DNA of 31,774 nucleotides from a virus, in IMG/VR virus record IMGVR_UViG_3300023196_000284, positions 1-31,774 of that record. One strand, written 5' to 3'. The notes under the pieces were generated by a model. The model had not been told where the DNA came from and ran no database searches. It saw nothing but the letters and a program-made list of their open reading frames with translations. Shown here in pieces: positions 29,261-31,774 of this stretch. The translations under genes were made by a program, and so were the position numbers. Every line of letters starts with the position of its first letter. Positions within the stretch are counted from its first letter, which is position 1.

Positions 29261-29569
29261 ATGTCATACGCAAATATAGAGATGAAGATAATCCAATGGG
29301 CAGAGGCCAGAAAGATTATTCCTAACAGTAACCCAGAGTCTCAGCTACTCAAAGCAGTCTCGGAGATGGGCGAACTAGCTGATGCAACCATCAAGCACGA
29401 TAAGGAAGCAGTCATAGATGCAGTAGGGGATGTTATGGTCTGTCTTATAAATTATTGTGTGCTGCAAGACATAAACCTAGTAAACTGCATGGAAGTTGCG
29501 TATGACCAGATTAAGAATCGCAAGGGCATACTATTGCCTAACGGAGTCTTCCAACGAGATTCTACTTAG
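29261..29569 (+). CDS. mazG: MazG-like nucleotide pyrophosphohydrolase
   Basis: LLKAVSEMGELADATIKHDKEAVIDAVGDVMVCLINYCVLQDINLVNCMEVAYDQIKNRKG matches the all-alpha NTP-PPase pattern. I prefer the ATG at 29261 over the track start at 29228. Confidence 0.75.
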   Translation: MSYANIEMKIIQWAEARKIIPNSNPESQLLKAVSEMGELADATIKHDKEAVIDAVGDVMVCLINYCVLQDINLVNCMEVAYDQIKNRKGILLPNGVFQRDST

Positions 29570-29705
29570 CCAACAGGTAAAGACCAACATTTGAAAAAGC
29601 ATAACCTGCATACACAATCGCCATTTGTGGGTTATCTTTCCATAGCTGCTCACCAGCTATATAAGCGTAGATAGCACCAGTAACAATGATGAGCCATGCA
29701 CTCAA
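29562..29705 (-). CDS. Possible 47-aa two-helix membrane peptide (TTG start), not in the ORF track
   Basis: My translation is (M)SAWLIIVTGAIYAYIAGEQLWKDNPQMAIVYAGYAFSNVGLYLLAK. The TTG at 29705 overlaps the phosphoesterase TGA. It fills the convergent gap and competes with a hairpin at 29601-29635. Confidence 0.35.
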   Translation of the reverse strand: MSAWLIIVTGAIYAYIAGEQLWKDNPQMAIVYAGYAFSNVGLYLLAK

Positions 29706-30688
29706 AATGCACCTACATCAATCACTTCTCCACGGAATTGAATCTGGTCTTCATCAAACTTATGGACTAACTCAGGCCACAACAACTGACCATTAAAGAA
29801 GTTCAGTACCGCAAAACCAGACCTGTGATTGCTAGGATTTATCTCAGCATATGTAAACTGAGGCCCATCAGTCTCAGCCAGAGTCCCTGTATCCACTCCG
29901 TATCTAACCCCGTTATAGTCGCTAAAAGGGGTCACTTTTAGGCTATGTAAGTGTCCAGTAACTACTGACACACCAGCATTTACAGTATTGTTGTGAGTTG
30001 CATGGATACCACCTTTATATCGGTGCTTGATAATGACGTTATCTGTAGGCCAAACTGCCCAACAAAAGTCCCAATCTGGGATATGGTCTGTTAGCTTGAA
30101 ACCCTGTACCTCTTTAAATTGTGGTGCTTGCTGCGCTAAACGATTACCGAATCTAATATCATGATTTCCCCATGTAAACAGTAGCTTTACATTGTGCCTT
30201 GATGCTTTAGCGGCTTCCTCAATTTCACTCAACGCACCTTGACAAGCCTTTAGTTCTTGGATAACAGAAGTCTGTGGTTGGTCAGTTACATCATGTCTGG
30301 ATATAGACGCACCATCGAAAGCATCACCATTGCATATGATGGCTTTGGGTTTAAGCGTTTCTATCATGTATAGAAGCCCTTTAAACGCTGTTGTACGCTG
30401 TGCAGGGATAAAGTGTGCATCTGAGAACACAATAACTGTTCCGTCCAGTATGCCAAGTTCTACCTGTTTTAGCGGAGAAAAGGATTTAGGCTTGTTTTTA
30501 TCGTATTTAACACCACGATGGTCACTTGCATAAAGTGCCATGTTGTATTCTTTTTCAATCCACCTTCTGCGTAAATGAACTGCCCTGTTTGCAATGCCAA
30601 GATGGTCAGCTACTTTTTGAGCAGATTGAAGTTGCCCCCACAGTTGGATGAACTCGGTATCGGTACACGTTTCGTTAGCACTTCCCAT
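29702..30688 (-). CDS. Calcineurin-type metallophosphoesterase with an N-terminal HTH
   Basis: The motifs are FSDAHF, NGDAFDG, WGNHD and TGHLH. The N-terminal HTH is SAQKVADHLGIANRAVHLRRRWIE. 328 aa. Confidence 0.75.
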   Translation of the reverse strand: MGSANETCTDTEFIQLWGQLQSAQKVADHLGIANRAVHLRRRWIEKEYNMALYASDHRGVKYDKNKPKSFSPLKQVELGILDGTVIVFSDAHFIPAQRTTAFKGLLYMIETLKPKAIICNGDAFDGASISRHDVTDQPQTSVIQELKACQGALSEIEEAAKASRHNVKLLFTWGNHDIRFGNRLAQQAPQFKEVQGFKLTDHIPDWDFCWAVWPTDNVIIKHRYKGGIHATHNNTVNAGVSVVTGHLHSLKVTPFSDYNGVRYGVDTGTLAETDGPQFTYAEINPSNHRSGFAVLNFFNGQLLWPELVHKFDEDQIQFRGEVIDVGAF

Positions 30689-31049
30689 TGGAATCCTTAG
30701 AGAGTAAGTTTTCTAGCAAGTTAATAACTCTATGCTCTTGCATCTCTATTTCCTCATCAGAAGATTTAGGGTCTGTAGCTACACACATCAAGTCATACAA
30801 AAAGATATGAAGTAACTCGTGTAGCGCAGTCTTATCTAGCGAGTCTGGTGTAATCTTTTCAGCACCAAAGTCCCCAAGTCGATATGTAGCCAATCTAGCA
30901 GTCTGGTTAAACTCCACAGAGGCCATTGCTTCTTTAGCTGGTTTACTACCCTTCTCAATTCGCCAATCACCCAAACTCAGAACTTGTTGCCACTTTCTGA
31001 CACTTTGTGCAAAGAGTTGTGCGTCTTCTGGTGTAGGTATATTAGACAT
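30675..31049 (-). CDS. Small HExxH-motif protein (SprT/WLM-like zinc metallopeptidase candidate)
   Basis: ALHELLHIF with a downstream EMQEHRV. 124 aa. It overlaps the phosphoesterase gene by 14 nt. Confidence 0.5.
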   Translation of the reverse strand: MSNIPTPEDAQLFAQSVRKWQQVLSLGDWRIEKGSKPAKEAMASVEFNQTARLATYRLGDFGAEKITPDSLDKTALHELLHIFLYDLMCVATDPKSSDEEIEMQEHRVINLLENLLSKDSNGKC

Positions 31050-31079
31050 ATCAACACCTTATATGGATATTATGACATT

Positions 31080-31523
31080 TTAATTTAACAATGCACACTC
31101 AGCAACTCTGCGCTTGGTCAAGCCAGCTAGAACCTTACCACCGCCTTTGTTCCAAAGCATCAATTGTTCTTTAGCACCTTCCCAATCTTGGGCATTTATT
31201 TTTCGCTTTAGAGTAGAAGTCTGGAGTCTGCCAGTACCTAAGTTATAGCAAAAGTCCACAATAGCATTGCACTTGCGTTCATCCGTCATAAGTATGGGGC
31301 AATTCCTTAAAACACCCTGTAGGTAGGTATGCTCTAGTTCGTGCATTAGTAAGGCACTAGCAGTAGGCTCATCAATAGGGCTATCTTGAAGCGTTACCTT
31401 ACGCCCATCAGCATAATAGGTAGAGCCGTAACCAATCGTAGCTACGTTAGCAGGGCAAAGGTAGGGTTTACTTCTAAACCCCTCAAACTGCTTACATAAA
31501 GATGCAGCCAGTTCTAAGTTCAT
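31080..31523 (-). CDS. Endolysin, GH24 phage lysozyme
   Basis: FEGFRSKPYLCPANVATIGYGST is the catalytic Glu context. NAIVDFCYNLGTG and VLAGLTKRR are also present. ATGA overlap with the holin-like gene. Confidence 0.85.
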   Translation of the reverse strand: MNLELAASLCKQFEGFRSKPYLCPANVATIGYGSTYYADGRKVTLQDSPIDEPTASALLMHELEHTYLQGVLRNCPILMTDERKCNAIVDFCYNLGTGRLQTSTLKRKINAQDWEGAKEQLMLWNKGGGKVLAGLTKRRVAECALLN

Positions 31524-31774
31524 AAGCCACGCTTAGACAAAGTTCTATCAAGAAACCAGTAGTTAATAGTTCCTGAGAGCAAAGCAGAAAAGTCTGGAGT
31601 CATCATTGTTTTGAAGACTTCAGTAGCTGGCGCACCTGCTAACCATGCGTTCCATGCAAACCAGACATGGATAAATGACCATACGAATAGTACCCAATAT
31701 GTTACTACTGGACGTACAGAAGCAGAAAGACTAGCTACCCATCCACCTGCGGCTTTAACCATCTCTGCTTGCTG
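31520..31774 (-). CDS. Holin-like membrane protein, 3' part (continues from 1-295 across the circular junction); resembles GTA-type 3-TM holins
   Basis: The frame stays open to the window end. SASVRPVVTYWVLFVWSFIHVWFAWNAWLAG plus a further hydrophobic segment. It sits directly upstream of the lysozyme. Confidence 0.7.
   Translation of the reverse strand, partial: QQAEMVKAAGGWVASLSASVRPVVTYWVLFVWSFIHVWFAWNAWLAGAPATEVFKTMMTPDFSALLSGTINYWFLDRTLSKRGL
31720..31774. repeat. Terminal direct repeat, right copy
   Basis: Identical to 1-55. Confidence 0.95.

Noticed and set aside
1-31774. A T7-like or N4-like identity suggested by the podovirus-style late genes.
   Set aside because: The complete genome encodes no phage RNA polymerase, DNA polymerase, primase or helicase. 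The virion gene order matches P22-like modules instead.

Overview
This window is a complete small tailed-phage (podovirus-like) genome. Bases 1-55 are repeated exactly at 31720-31774, so the unique sequence is 31,719 bp and the contig closes on itself. The break point falls inside a holin-like gene.

Layout, from the ORF track plus my own translation of the gaps:
- A divergent control region at 27118-27253 fires two operons.
- The rightward operon (27254-29569, +) encodes small orphan proteins, an ERF-type annealing protein, a tiny SSB-like protein ending in an SSB-type DDVPF tail, a PD-(D/E)xK-like protein and a MazG-like pyrophosphohydrolase.
- The leftward early operon (27117 down to 22337, -) encodes a Cro/YdaS-like HTH (absent from the ORF track), a winged-helix protein, a DUF1376-type replication protein, zinc-ribbon proteins, a VRR-NUC nuclease and a Ref-like HNH nuclease.
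- A strong intrinsic terminator at 22273-22300 precedes the late operon (-). Its order is: three small pre-terminase genes, terS, terL, portal, an unusual 576-aa repeat protein, scaffold and HK97-fold capsid. Then comes a P22-like order of adaptor, tail hub, a needle-position protein with a C1q/TNF-like knob, and three ejection proteins. After those come a long fibre, two paralogous FN3+DUF1566 receptor-binding candidates, a cupin, a crowded block of small membrane proteins, holin and GH24 lysozyme.
- The late operon ends in a three-gene accessory cassette: an HExxH protein, an HTH-fused metallophosphoesterase and a 47-aa membrane peptide. I rate this the best candidate for an undescribed function.

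No integrase, CI-type repressor, DNA or RNA polymerase, tRNA or CRISPR array is visible. Genes are tightly packed with many ATGA/GTGA/TAATG stop-start overlaps. At least eight plausible genes under 60 aa sit in gaps of the supplied ORF track. All family assignments are motif recognition from memory; no database search was run.
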